DNA of 64,000 bases from the NCBI RefSeq assembly GCF_006345805.1, contig NC_042997.1:144336001-144400000 (forward strand), written 5' to 3'. Of this stretch, positions 51,838-64,000 are shown piece by piece. Source of the DNA: Octopus sinensis. Taxonomy: Eukaryota. The translations under genes were made by a program, and so were the position numbers. Within the stretch, counting starts at the first letter, position 1; each line of letters starts with the position of its first letter. The notes beneath the pieces are model-generated. The model was not told the DNA's origin. It made no database searches and saw only the letters and a program-made list of their open reading frames with translations.

Positions 51838-54179
51838 AAAAATCTATAGTAATATAGATTTTTTCTTTCTTGTCATTTACTGGGTCACTGCCTTCAAGAA
51901 TTTTTAGTTGATTGAATCAACCCCATTACTTATTTCAAGTGTGGTACTTATATCAGTTTCTTTTCCTAAACCACTAAGTTATGGAGACGTAAACACATCA
52001 ACACTGGTTGTCAAGTGGTGATGGCACATGCTTCTTCAGTTTCCATTTACCATATCACTCAAAGATTTGGTCAGCCCATGGCCAAGCAGTTAGACTGAAC
52101 TCAAAACCTTAAGCTCTTTGTAATGAGTAGGGGAAAAAAATGAAATATGTATAATCTATGTATCTTCTTCCTTGTTCATTGATTTAAAATTTGGACTGGT
52201 AATTCTACCAAGATTTATCGAGAAATAATTATCTCCTTTACATTAACTAACAATAAGGGTACACCAGGTGTTAAAACTAAAATCCCTGGTTATTAATTTA
52301 GAAATGTTCAAGTTTCGACCTATAATGTCTGGTGGTTTTCATGAGACCATTTCATGTATTCCAGAATACATCAGTAGGACTTGGATGTTAGGTGCCTCCT
52401 CCCACAAAAACAAACAAACAAAAAAAAAATACAAATCAAGTTTTTACTTTCCACATTTGTGGGGGGAGGATTGGAAATTTAGATTACAAATAAATACAAA
52501 TAGGGCCTTCAGAATGCTTTGAGTGTGAAGTTCTTTGTTATTCAAATTAATGAAAATTTTCTTAATTGTTTGTTTTGGCTTGAAACCAGATTAGAAAATG
52601 CATAATATTTTGTTTAGCAAATAAACTTCAAATTTATATTAGTTGTTTCAAATATCCTGACATTTTCTCTTGCTCAAGGCAATTATCAATTCAAATATAA
52701 CAATATTTGAAAGCATCTCAATTTTCTGGCTTTCTAACAATATTTTCATGCATTCTAATTTGTTTTCACCTATTTTTCTTCTCTTACATTCCCTGCTATC
52801 TCTCTCTTTCTCTTCTCCATCTTGAAACAGCATGAAAAGTCGTAGATATACTTTCAGATGGAGCTTAATAAAAATAAACTCTTTCAGGAAATTATTATAG
52901 TGTAATTCCCCCATACCCTGTCACATAATTTGTCAATTTGGCTTCGATTGAAATGTTGCGTGTAATGTTAATTAATTTCCATCTCTTCTTGCCTCATCAT
53001 GTTATTACCAATACTATTTAAATTTGACATTTGGAGAAACTAACAAAATCAAATAGATTTATAATTGCTATATAGCAACATCTTTAGTATTATTCTATTA
53101 TAATTATGCAGTGATATTTTTTTCTTTTTCTTGCTGTGTCCTATCATTATGGCTTAAGAAAATTATCTATCTTGAAAGAAGCATTCTGTTTGTTTTTGTG
53201 ATATTTTATTTTTTTTCAAATTTGACTATTTTTCTCTGAATCATTAATGTTATTGAACGAGTGCAGTAACAAAATAATATTATAGTTGACAGTTTCATTA
53301 ATATTTCATTCTTGTTATTTTTCTGTAAATGACAATCATTTATTTCTGAATAGAGATTGCAAAATTAGCCTTCACTGCGATCCACATTTATGGATTTCAA
53401 TAATTTACCAAAGTGTAAAAGCAAGATGAAAGTAGAAAATGTATCTTTTGCAAATTACATAAAATGGTTTCATGTGAATTCTTTAGTAAAAGGTTTTTGA
53501 TAATCACCTGTACTCATGCACACCCCAGTGCATTACATTGCATTAGACTGCATCACATTTGACTGCATTACATCATATTGCAAAGCAGTATATTGCATAA
53601 CATGCCTCACTTCATATTTCTACACTGCAATCTGCATGCCATGCCAGGTATTGCCATACAATGCATAACTACATTGCATCACATGAGCTGAGGAGGTAGC
53701 ATCTATGCAGTCACTGGATGTGCTAAAAATAGCAGATATTTCTCTCTCAAATCACACTGTGCCATCTGAAAAGAAAGTAACATTTGCTAATGTAGTCCTA
53801 TATTATATATATATAAACACAAGCACACACAATCTGGAAAGAGGTTAAAAGGTTGTTTCATGGCTTTAGATCAAAGGGCTGATTGATTAGAACTGATCTT
53901 AACGTTACATTTATATCTTGCCACAGTGCACTACATAGCTGCACACTGTGACATCTTAGGACATTATCTAAAATTGTAAATATTTCTGAAGAAATGACTG
54001 GTTGCAAAGGTACGGTGTGAAGTTTTGAGGTTATAGTAAGGGTCAGGTGTGATATGGGGGCTTGCAGCATGTTGCATCTACCATTTGTCAATATCTGCTT
54101 GTGACCTCCTAGGCAACCCTCCAAGCAGTGTCCAGTCAGCTTGTCTCACTGTGAGATACTTCCTCATCCATCATGGCCA

Positions 54180-54480
54180 TGAGGTATATGGCCAACCAGT
54201 ACAACCTGTCACCCCAACTGGTTCCTCAGACAAGAAAACACTACGTGCAGGATCCAATTCAGAAAAATCGAGCAGCATAGCCAAAGAGTCTAAGCTGTCA
54301 TTCTTGAATCATACAAGACACATCCCAGTTTCTGAGTATAGACATTGGTTAGATATGATCAATGGTAACCCATAATTTTGTGAAGTATCCTGGTATCAGA
54401 GGAATTCAGGTGGCTACTAAAGATCCTGGACAATGTCCAAGACTTACATTTGTAGAACAGGACAGGAAAGACCAGAGACC
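54180..54480 (+). mobile_element. Possible decayed RTE/BovB-like LINE C-terminal fragment
   Basis: Remnants such as RHWLD and GQCPRLTF loosely match the RTE RLRWLGH...GRPRLRF motifs. Confidence 0.3.
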
Positions 54481-55756
54481 TGAAAACCCAAACCTTATCT
54501 TCTTGTTCAGATACCAGCAATGCCAAATAAAAATTTTATGACTTACTTGAAGTCATTTGTATTAAACTTTTGAATACATCATGTTTTAGAGGCATTTGAT
54601 TTCTACATTGTCTTCATCAAGTTGTGTACTGTTACATCTATATACAGCTGATGGTTAGACATGTTCCAAAACTTGGCTACATTGTCCAGTGTTTAACTGG
54701 ATATTACTCCAAGTAAATGATTCTTGAGAGAAATGTAAATCTGTCATTCTGCTTTAATATACTTCAGTTTCCTTGGAGACATTAATCAAAACTCTTTTTT
54801 CTAAAGAGTATATTGACTCCCATTTTTATTTTTCAGATTTTGATATCAGGAATAACTTTGGTATTCAGAAATTGAGGCAAAACTATTTATAAAATTAACT
54901 GATGTTAGGGATTTTCGTTAGATTTTTTTCATGGCACCAAACCCTAAATCCTGCCAATATAATTTCTTTATTCAACATGACTTATGGGGAAAAAATTAAT
55001 AATATTCAATACATATATAGCAATTCTAAATTTATTCTTGAAGGCTTTATTACTTTTGGGATTAAATGTTAAATTTCTATTCTAGGATCTTATTCTATTT
55101 CGACAAATTAGATAATGCTTGTGGTTTAACCTTTTTTCTTTTTCATTTTACTGTATGAATAATAGGAGTAATTTTTAGAATTGCAGCTCTGACGCATCTA
55201 TAAATCAAAGTGTGCATGCTTTTGAGTTCAGGCTGACCCATGTCAATTGAATAACTGAATTTGTAAGCAAGAAAGCTGTTATTTTACAGTGTCACAGAAT
55301 ATGAGACGCATTTTAAATATAAGTAACTAGGACTGGAACAGTTACACTTAAGGAAATTGTCTCCCTTTCAGTTACTCACCCACCCTCACATAATGTGGTG
55401 GTATCTATGTATCTCCTCTGTAGCAATACACTTGTACTTGTCCTTCTATTGTACTTTAGTCTTCAACACCTGTCATACAACCAGCTCCTTTCTCTAGTAC
55501 CTTTTCACTCAGTCAAGGGTTGAAATGTTTCCCTTTTTCCTTTCTTTGTTTTGTTTTGCAAGTTACTTGGTGACTTCACTAGTGCTAATGTGATAAAAAA
55601 AAAACAAAAAAACCCTGAGGTGCACCCTGTAAAGTGTTTGGCATTAGGAAGGGCATCTTGCTGGAAAAACCACACAAAGCTGACATCAGGGCCTGATACA
55701 GTTCTGCAGCTCACCAGACTGTCAAACCATCAAACCCAAGCTGAAATGGACATTAA

Positions 55757-56843
55757 CCCTTTCGTTACTATATTTCTGACCAAATTACACCCCTTATGTG
55801 TTTCAATTAATTTCTAACGTAATCATAAATTTAGTCTGGTTTCATTAAACAACTATAACTTTTTTATTTATCGATATATTAATCTGATTTTTGGAAGATA
55901 ATTTAATGAAATATTCTCAACCAATTCTATACTATAATTTTTGTCACAAAGTGACTCTAATTGCAGGTAGATACAGGTAAATTCCACAAAATATAAAATT
56001 ATTAAAATTTTGTTCAAACATCGCTATAGAAAATGGGTTATTAGCTAATATTCAATTGGGTATACAACAAAATTTTACGATAGAATTTGTTATTCTGGGT
56101 AACTTTCTGATACCCATAATAATATTTATGGCAAAATAGGCCTTAATTTCATTTAAGGTTGTGGGAAATAACAAACTATCCTTTCTTTCGCTTTGTTTAC
56201 GTTTAGCGTAACGGTTCGTTTCTGCCGTAATGATTTCAAATAGGCTCATTCGAAAAAGTAAATAGAAATAGTTTAAGGCTTTACTCTCCTGGGAAAGTCT
56301 GTGGCTTGGTCCAGTTTCTTCAGAAAAATCACCGAAAGAAACAGTTTTTAAATTTTCACTCCATTCAGGTGCCAATTCATTTTCTTTATCGCTATCGGAG
56401 ATCTCAGATTCACTGTTTTCACTTTTGGAAAATGAAACATCAGATTCATTATCAAATACCACATGCTTTTTTTTTTTCAGTCATAGAGTTAGATTTATGA
56501 AGGTCTTCAGTAGAAAATCCTTCGAATTCTGACTCGCTGCTTGATATAATGAAATTCGTATCCATTTTTTGTCAGAATTACAAATTTTGAAAACACAATA
56601 GGAACAAATTTCGGAAAAAAATCTCCCAAAATTCACGGAATTAAAATTACACTTCGATTATTGTACAAAACTGTAGTTGAACTGTTTACGAAGTATAATA
56701 CGTGTTTTCACGAATGTACTGAAGAGATTTGCTCTGATATTCTCATTTAAATATGAATAGGTAAATTCGGGCGGCTTTGGGCGGTTTGGTCTCATAAACC
56801 AAAATTTTTTCGGGCGGCTTTGGGTGGTTTGGTAACGAAAGGA
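55757..56843 (-). mobile_element. Internally deleted (non-autonomous) piggyBac DNA transposon, 1087 bp
   Basis: TTAA at 55753-55756 and 56844-56847. TIRs CCCTTTCGTTAC and GTAACGAAAGGA (1 terminal mismatch). Subterminal direct repeat tcgggcggctttggg(c/t)ggtttggt at 56767-56790 and 56810-56833. Internal transposase N-terminus. Confidence 0.9.
56052..56565 (-). pseudogene. piggyBac (PGBD/DDE_Tnp_1_7-type) transposase 5' fragment, frameshifted and truncated
   Basis: ATG at 56565 gives MDTNFIISSSESEFEGFSTEDLHKSNSMTEKKK. After a frameshift in an 11-A run (56467-56477) it continues ...FSEETGPSHRLSQESKALNYFYLLFRMSLFEIITAETNRYAK...PTTLNEIKAYFAINIIMGIRKLPRITN, a motif series typical of piggyBac transposase N-termini. 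Homology ends before the DDD catalytic core. Confidence 0.88.
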
Positions 56844-59800
56844 TTAAAAGATGATAATAAAGTTACAAACAAAACATGTCCCAACATCGTGAGATGCCTT
56901 GTACTTTGAAATCTAACACTGAATAGTTTGAACATAGGATACCACTTAGGTTCTTGCTATTTACAGGATATGCCATTGAATTTACTTTTTCATTTAGTCA
57001 CATACACATATGTCTAACTCTGAGAGCCTTTTTATTCTTCTTGAATTGAAGATATTAAAATGGTGAGAAAACATTACACACTAAAAGCTAAACATTTTAG
57101 TGTTGTGCTATGTGTCGTTTCACTTGCTCTAAAGTTGTGTCTTCTATTACTAATGCAACATACCCTATTTCTATGAATTCATCATCACTGTTTAACGTCT
57201 GCCATGCTAGCATGGGTGGGACTGTTTCACAAGAGCCAGCCAGGCAGAAGCCTGCACCAGACATCTGTGACTGTTTTGGCAGGACTTTTACAGCTGGATG
57301 CACTTCCTAACACCAACCACTCAGCAGTGAACTTAGTAATGTAAATTTTCCTGATGTATGTCTTCCTCCTTCTTATCCTTACTATTTCATTATTCAGGCC
57401 CTCCACTAAAGATTTCTTGATCCCTCTTTCTGAGTTGTATTCTCAGAAATATTTTCCCCCTGCCTACAGTTTTTCTATAGGTATTTGAAGTTGTCCAAAC
57501 TAAACATTGACTGCATTACTTTCACCAATGTAAGCAGTGCAACAAACCAACAAGCCATAACCAACAACCTTCTAAATGATTCATGTATGGTAAAGGAGTT
57601 TGCTTTGCAATGAAGTGGTTTCAGTTCAACTTCACTGATACAAGCAGTTGTTTGTAAGCAGTCTTATGTTAAAACCTGGCATAATTGAGGACAAAATATT
57701 ACCTTGCATTTAAAGCAGGTGAAGACTGGTAATAGGAAGAGCATATGGTTAAAGAAATCTGTCTCAATGTATCTTGTCTGATTCATAGAAACATGGAAGT
57801 GTGTATGTGTGAGGGCAGTGAAGCTGCTTTGGAAAGTTGGCCTGCAGCTTTTTCACTTTTTGCTTCAATTAATTTTTATCAGGTTTCTAGTTGTATGTAT
57901 TTAATTGGATTATTGCTACTTTAATGTATCAGTTCCTTGTATTTACATCTTGATCTTTGTATTTTTTTTTTTTTTTTAATATTTCTTCAAATCTAACCCC
58001 ATTTCAAACCTCTACTTTTGGTAGACATTGAGGAAAAGGAAAAAAATCAAATGAAGTCTCTTACTGCTTCTTACAATGTGTTAATGTTTACAATGTGTTA
58101 ATGTGGATCACTCTATATCCTGTGGGGAAAATTACTTGGAATGATTCTTACTTTAATCAAATCTATTTAAAAAAAGAGAAAATTACAGTTACTTTAAAAT
58201 TAATTATATATAATTCACCTCTTTTACCTAGCATATCTCTAAATTGATTTTCATGGTGGATGAACTGTACCTTTCCTGGTAGATAGAATTTAAGAGTAAA
58301 AATGAAAATGGAGACTTAGATCTGCTTCACTTTCATCTTTCTATTAGCGTTCTGCTTGGATAAAACAATCACAAAAAGAAAAACAACAACAACAAAAGTT
58401 GGAATCTTATTACACATTTCACAATTCTAGAGGTGTTAGTTTTAATCTATAGCTGTTTGCATTATGACTGTCACATTCAAGTCACATCCAATTTTTCTTG
58501 TTGATTCTTATTGATAACAACACTTGTTAAGACAGTCTTTTCACTAGTTCACCAGTTTAGCAATGATTCTTTATACAATCAATCTAACAGCTTCCTCTGA
58601 TTGTAACTAGTTTCTTTATCAAATTAACATATTTTTTTTCAATCTGTACATGATGCGGCAACAATCTGAAATTTTCAATTTGCTTATCTCAAAAACCAGC
58701 TGATTGTGTTCTCATCTCCTGCATGTAGTTGCTTGCCGATATCACATGCATGCATCTGAATCAGTCACCTTTCAGGTTATGACACATCAAAATCATAAGA
58801 CGACGGCACATTTAACTGTGATTCATTTTTCTACATTGTATATGCATTTATTTTATCTTGTACATTCCTTACCTCCTTGCTGTCATTGTTTAAAACAGCA
58901 TGGAGTGATTTTGGTTAGATTAATACAGTGCAGAAGCTGAAGTATTTTCTCAGACACTATTCAATAATGATATGAGATATAACTGTAGGTAAAAACAATA
59001 TGGCTTCCATATCTTTTGAAGTATGCTCTTCTAATATTATGATGTACAGGAAAAAACATTTTTGGTATTTTTAATCAAACCATTGTTATATATACACTTA
59101 GTAGCATACTTATTTGGCTTATAGTAGAAAAAAAAATGTTCTGCCAGAATCTACATCTGTAATGCAGCTTTGATTAGAAACTTTAAAAATATTATGCTTA
59201 GAAAAATAAGTTTCATCCTTTCCATTGCATAATTATTGATTTGCACTTAATAAATTTGAGTGGTTAATACCTTAATTGGTCATTGCTTAAAAATTATTTC
59301 ATATTTTAATATACCAAGTTACCACTTAAAAATTCTGTAAAATTCTCTTTATACACCCAGCTGAAATCTATATGAATAGTTTTTGCTTTTAGTCTAACAT
59401 TTATTGTATTTACTTAACCTATATATTTTTTTTCTACTTCATCCTGTTAGAGTTGCTTCACTGCACCTGTTAACATCACACTTCAAATTTATATGCTTGG
59501 TAGAGTTTATTTGTAAACCTAAATTCATACTTTAATACTTGTATTTTAAGGAGGAATAAATTAGATAAAAATAGACGTTTTTAAAGTGACCCATAAGGTT
59601 TTATGTAAGTTGTGACATTTTTTTTTCTGTGAAACTGATTTTTTTTTCCCCATTACAATCAGTTAATATATTTCTGACAAAATTTTGTTGGAATGGAAAC
59701 TCCTCAGTTAAAATTTAACTGCAAGTGGAGAGTGCACAATGCACAGATCAGCTTTTAGTCATGATATCAATTTAAAAATTGAATAATATTTCAGTTATTG

Positions 59801-62239
59801 ACTACCCTAACAGATTGAATGACTGAACAATTAATCAATTTATTAAATGTTAATTAATTGACTATTAATAATAATAATGATAGAAGTGAAATAGAACCAG
59901 TGTATGTTTATCATTGGCATAATGACCCTCCTGAGACAGTCTGTTTCAGCATGAGCCAATGTCAAGGATCTTGCAAACCAAATACGAAAACAAAAATTCA
60001 TTTACCCCTTTATGCATTTTTCTAGTCTCCTCAAACTTTTTAGTTGTGTCTAGCAGTGGTCCTCACCCAGGTAATGGAAACATACAAGATAGTGCAAGTA
60101 GTTTATTAAACAGTCGAGAATAAAATATTTTGAAGGGAAGGAATAGAGGAAAGGATGAGCAAAATGCCATTATAGCTACGTTTTGAAAAGACTAAATTTG
60201 TTACTATTTTGTATCTGAAACATGGCTGATTATAATAATCATTAAATGTCCATTTTTCCATGCAGACATGGATTAGATGGTTCAACAGGAGCTAGTAAAC
60301 CAGAGGGCTGCACCAAGCTGCAATATCTGTTTTGGCATGGTTTCTACAGCTGTCAATAATAATTCATTTAAGAATATAAAACCTTTTACCTTGTTTGTAT
60401 GAAAGTGGTGAGCTTAATCAGTTGGATTTAAACTCATTACTTTTCTTCTTGCCTCTTATATAGTACACGAACAGTATTATTACACTATTCTGTTGAGATA
60501 TTATATCCCCAGTATCATATAAATAAGATGTGGTTTCTGGATAATTTTCTCTTCTTTGGGATTATTTGAGCTCTCCAAGGCAACAATCTGGCTGAATTGT
60601 TGGAGTGTCAGAGAAAACAACTTGTGGTATTCCTCCTGGCTTCTTATGTTCTGAGTTTGAACCCCACTGAGTTGAACTTAGCCTTTCATAGCTCTAGTGT
60701 TAAAATAAAGTACTATTTAAGTGTTTGAGTCAATGGTATCAGTTATCCAACTCCTTGCAAAACTACTGGCCTTGTTCCTTAGTTAGAAACCATTATTTGC
60801 ATTCTCTTGGATTTGAAATGCTTTTGTGCACACACACACACACACACACACACATGCATGCATGACTGCTTCATCTGGATATTTTCTGAATTAAATTCAA
60901 CTTTATTTAGATCCTTAGATTTCTGATGCTTGTGTTGCTTTGTATTCAAAATTGGTAACAAAATCTCTGTTTGAACCTCTCTCTCTCTTGTTACTTTTGA
61001 ATTAGCTTGTTAGATCACTAAATATAAAACCTGAATGGTGCAGTTTTATTCTGAACTGACACTTCATAAATCCCAGATGTGTGTGAATGAACCTGTAAAC
61101 TACAAGGCCATTCTTTCATTACCAACACTCAGTTCAGCTGTGACAGAACATGGATATATTTATCCCTACCACCCAAACACACACATACACACACAATTTC
61201 TATATTTGCTTACTATGTTGATGCCTTGCTGTCAGGGTCACACTGACATTTTCAGTGCGGTTTTTAAAGGTAAAAGGTATAAAGCTGCCAATAACCGGAA
61301 ACTACCAACTCTTAATTATTGGTAGTTACCAGCATTGATTTTTAATTTTAATCCTGGAATATGGCAATTTGTTAGTTCTTATGACACCAGTCAAGCAAAA
61401 ATGTTGACATCAATTTCTCTGCTGCTAAAAACTCAAAAGATCCAAATGAGATGGTTAAATTGCATATCTTTTCCTGCATCGAATGTCACAGCTGCATTTT
61501 ACTTCTATTTGTGTATCAGTCAATATGAAATCTGTACAGTCAAAATTAATTGGTTTTTGCATTCATCACCATCTGCCCTCCCCCCTTTTTTTTCTTCCAT
61601 AAGTTTTAAATTCAAAGATCAAGGTTTTTGTTGACAGTGATTAGTTTGGTATGACTGGAATCTGATTTAAAATTTTTCTCTCTGCACTTATGTGAATACT
61701 ATGCATGCATGTATTTGTGTAAATAATGCGTGCATATCTAAACATGTTACAAAAATTAAAATTAAAAACAGTCAAAATATTTTTCTTAAAAAGGGGTGGG
61801 GTTAAATACTATAATTTTTAACAGCTAAATTTTTTAAATTGAATTTTTAATTCTTCTGAGGAAAGGTTTTTTTTATTTTTTTTTTTTATAGTTAATGATG
61901 AATATATTTTTTAAAAATGAAACCAGTGATGACTTCAAGGAAGAAAACATTCTGCAGCTAATATAACTTCTTTTTTTTTTTTTAAGAAATGGAGTGCATA
62001 AAAATAAGATCAGTACCCATTATGTCACCTCCCTAAAAATTGTTAAATTTACATTTTATAAATAATGCAAAAGTGTGTTGTGTGTATGTAGTTTGTGTAC
62101 ACACACACACATACAAAGTAGGGCACATTTTAAATGCAACTAGTGCTGAAACAAGGATATTTATTACAAATATTAAATATGTACCCCATCAATGAGACAC
62201 TCTTATATAAAAATATTTTACATAGATGTGTGTATGTAT

Positions 62240-62251
62240 ATAAGAACTGAA

Positions 62252-62288
<37 letters not shown>

Positions 62289-64000
62289 TATGTGTGTGGT
62301 GTATATATATATATGTGTGTATATATATAAACTGTATGTGTGTGTAATATATATTATATATATATATATATGTGTGTAATATATATATATGTGTGTATAT
62401 ATATATGTGTGTATATATATATATATGTTGTATATATATATATATGTGTGTTATATATATATGTGTGTATATATATATATGTTGTATATATATATATGTG
62501 TGTATATATATATGTGTGTATATATATATGTGTATATATATATGTGTGTATATATATATGTGTGTATATATATATGTGTGTATATATATATAAACTGTAT
62601 GTGTATATATATAAACTGTATGTGTGTATATATAAACTGTATGTGTATATATATAACTGTATGTGTATATATAAACTGTATGTGTTATATATAAACTGTA
62701 TGTGTATATATATAAACTGTATGTGTATATATATAAACTGTATGTGTATATATATAAACTGTATGTGTATATATATAAACTGTATGTGTATATATATAAA
62801 CTGTATGTGTATATATATAAACTGTATGTGTGTATATATATAAACTGTATGTGTATATATATAAACTGTATGTGTATATATATAAACTGTATGTGTATAT
62901 ATATAAACTGTATGTGTATATATATAAACTGTATGTGTGTATATATATAAACTGTATGTGTATATATATATAAACTGTGTGTATATATTATAAACTGTAT
63001 GTTATATATATAAACTGTATGTGTGTATATATATAAACTGTATGTGTATATATATATAAACTGTATGTGTATATATATATAAACTGTATGTGTATATATA
63101 TATAAACTGTATGTGTATATATATATAAACTGTATGTGTATATATATATAAACTGTATGTGTATATATATAAACTGTATGTGTGTAATATATAAACTGTA
63201 TGTGTATATATATAAACTGTATGTGTATATATATAACTGTGTGTATATAATAAACTGTGTATATATATATATATAAACTGTGTATATATTATATAAACTG
63301 TGTATATATATAAACTGTATGTGTATGTATATATATAAACTGTATGTGTATATATATATAAATGTATGTGTATATATATATAAACTGTATGTGTATATAT
63401 AATAAACTGTATGTGTATATATATAAACTGTATGGTGTATATATAAACTGTATTGTGTATATATATATAAACTGTATGTGTATATATATAAACTGTGTGT
63501 ATATATATAAACTGTGTATATATATATATAAACTGTGTATATATATATATAAACTGTGTATATATATAAACTGTATGTGTATGTATATATATAAACTGTA
63601 TGTGTATATATATATATAAACTGTATGTGTATGTATATATATAAACTGTATGTGTATATATATATATAAACTGTATGTGTATATATATAAACTGTATGTG
63701 TGTATATATAAACTGTATGTGTGTATATATAAAGACTGTGTATATATGTGTGTGTGTGTATATATAGACTATATATGTGTGTGTGTGTATATATAGACTG
63801 TATATGTGTGTATATAGACTGTATATGTGTGTGTGTATATATAAAGACTGTATGTGTGTGTATATATAGACTGTATGTGTGTGTGTGTATAAAGACTGTG
63901 TGTGTGTGTGTGTATAAAGACTGTGTGTGTATATATAAAGGCTGTGTGTGTGTGTGTGTGTGTGTATAAAGACTGTATGTGTGTGTGTGTGTGTGTATAT
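62240..64000. repeat. TA/TG-rich minisatellite, unit ~TATATATATAAACTGTATGTG, continuing beyond the window
   Basis: Dozens of AAACTGTATGTG cores with variable (TA)n spacers. Variant cores AAAGACTG/ATAGACTG appear after ~63730. Confidence 0.97.

Noticed and set aside
54836-54895. Possible next exon after tttttattttcAG
   Set aside because: In the required phase 1 it reads DFDIRNNFGIQKLRQNYL* with no donor before the stop; the next exon is probably beyond the window.
58071-58104. 17-bp tandem duplication ttacaatgtgttaatgt x2
   Set aside because: Real but an ordinary slippage event with no further structure.
62340-63969. YIC/VYI-rich ORFs
   Set aside because: Translations of the TA/TG minisatellite.

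Overview
AT-rich eukaryotic (animal) genomic DNA, most likely Octopus (inferred from the SINE, RTE-tail and MITE families and the microsatellite load). Almost the whole window is intronic sequence of one + strand gene. Three short coding exons (5801-5907, 39105-39219, 50592-50665) have canonical AG/GTAAG boundaries and matching phases. They splice into a stop-free peptide: KLWSTYQKYMKGDCIPFNSIRDAFNELNLYPSLTQ|VHEMVWSTKECPAHNSGEGLGFGEFCVFVNELEEYYKKG|QDSLKAVKEIQKCQKAEKTKYKDQ. This looks like a degenerate EF-hand pair; from memory it resembles the N-terminus of Raw/OLRN-1-like proteins (unverified). The introns (33 kb, 11 kb and >13 kb) carry at least three tRNA-type SINE families, decayed LINE fragments (RTE 3' end and an RT remnant) and hAT, pogo/Tigger-like and piggyBac MITEs, some with intact target-site duplications. 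There is also a 1.09-kb internally deleted piggyBac with a transposase N-terminus, several near-perfect hairpins, a 2.9-kb CT/CTGT satellite and a >1.7-kb TA-rich minisatellite running off the window end. Nearly all ORFs in the supplied track are low-complexity or random. I found no prokaryote-type system, CRISPR array or rRNA gene.
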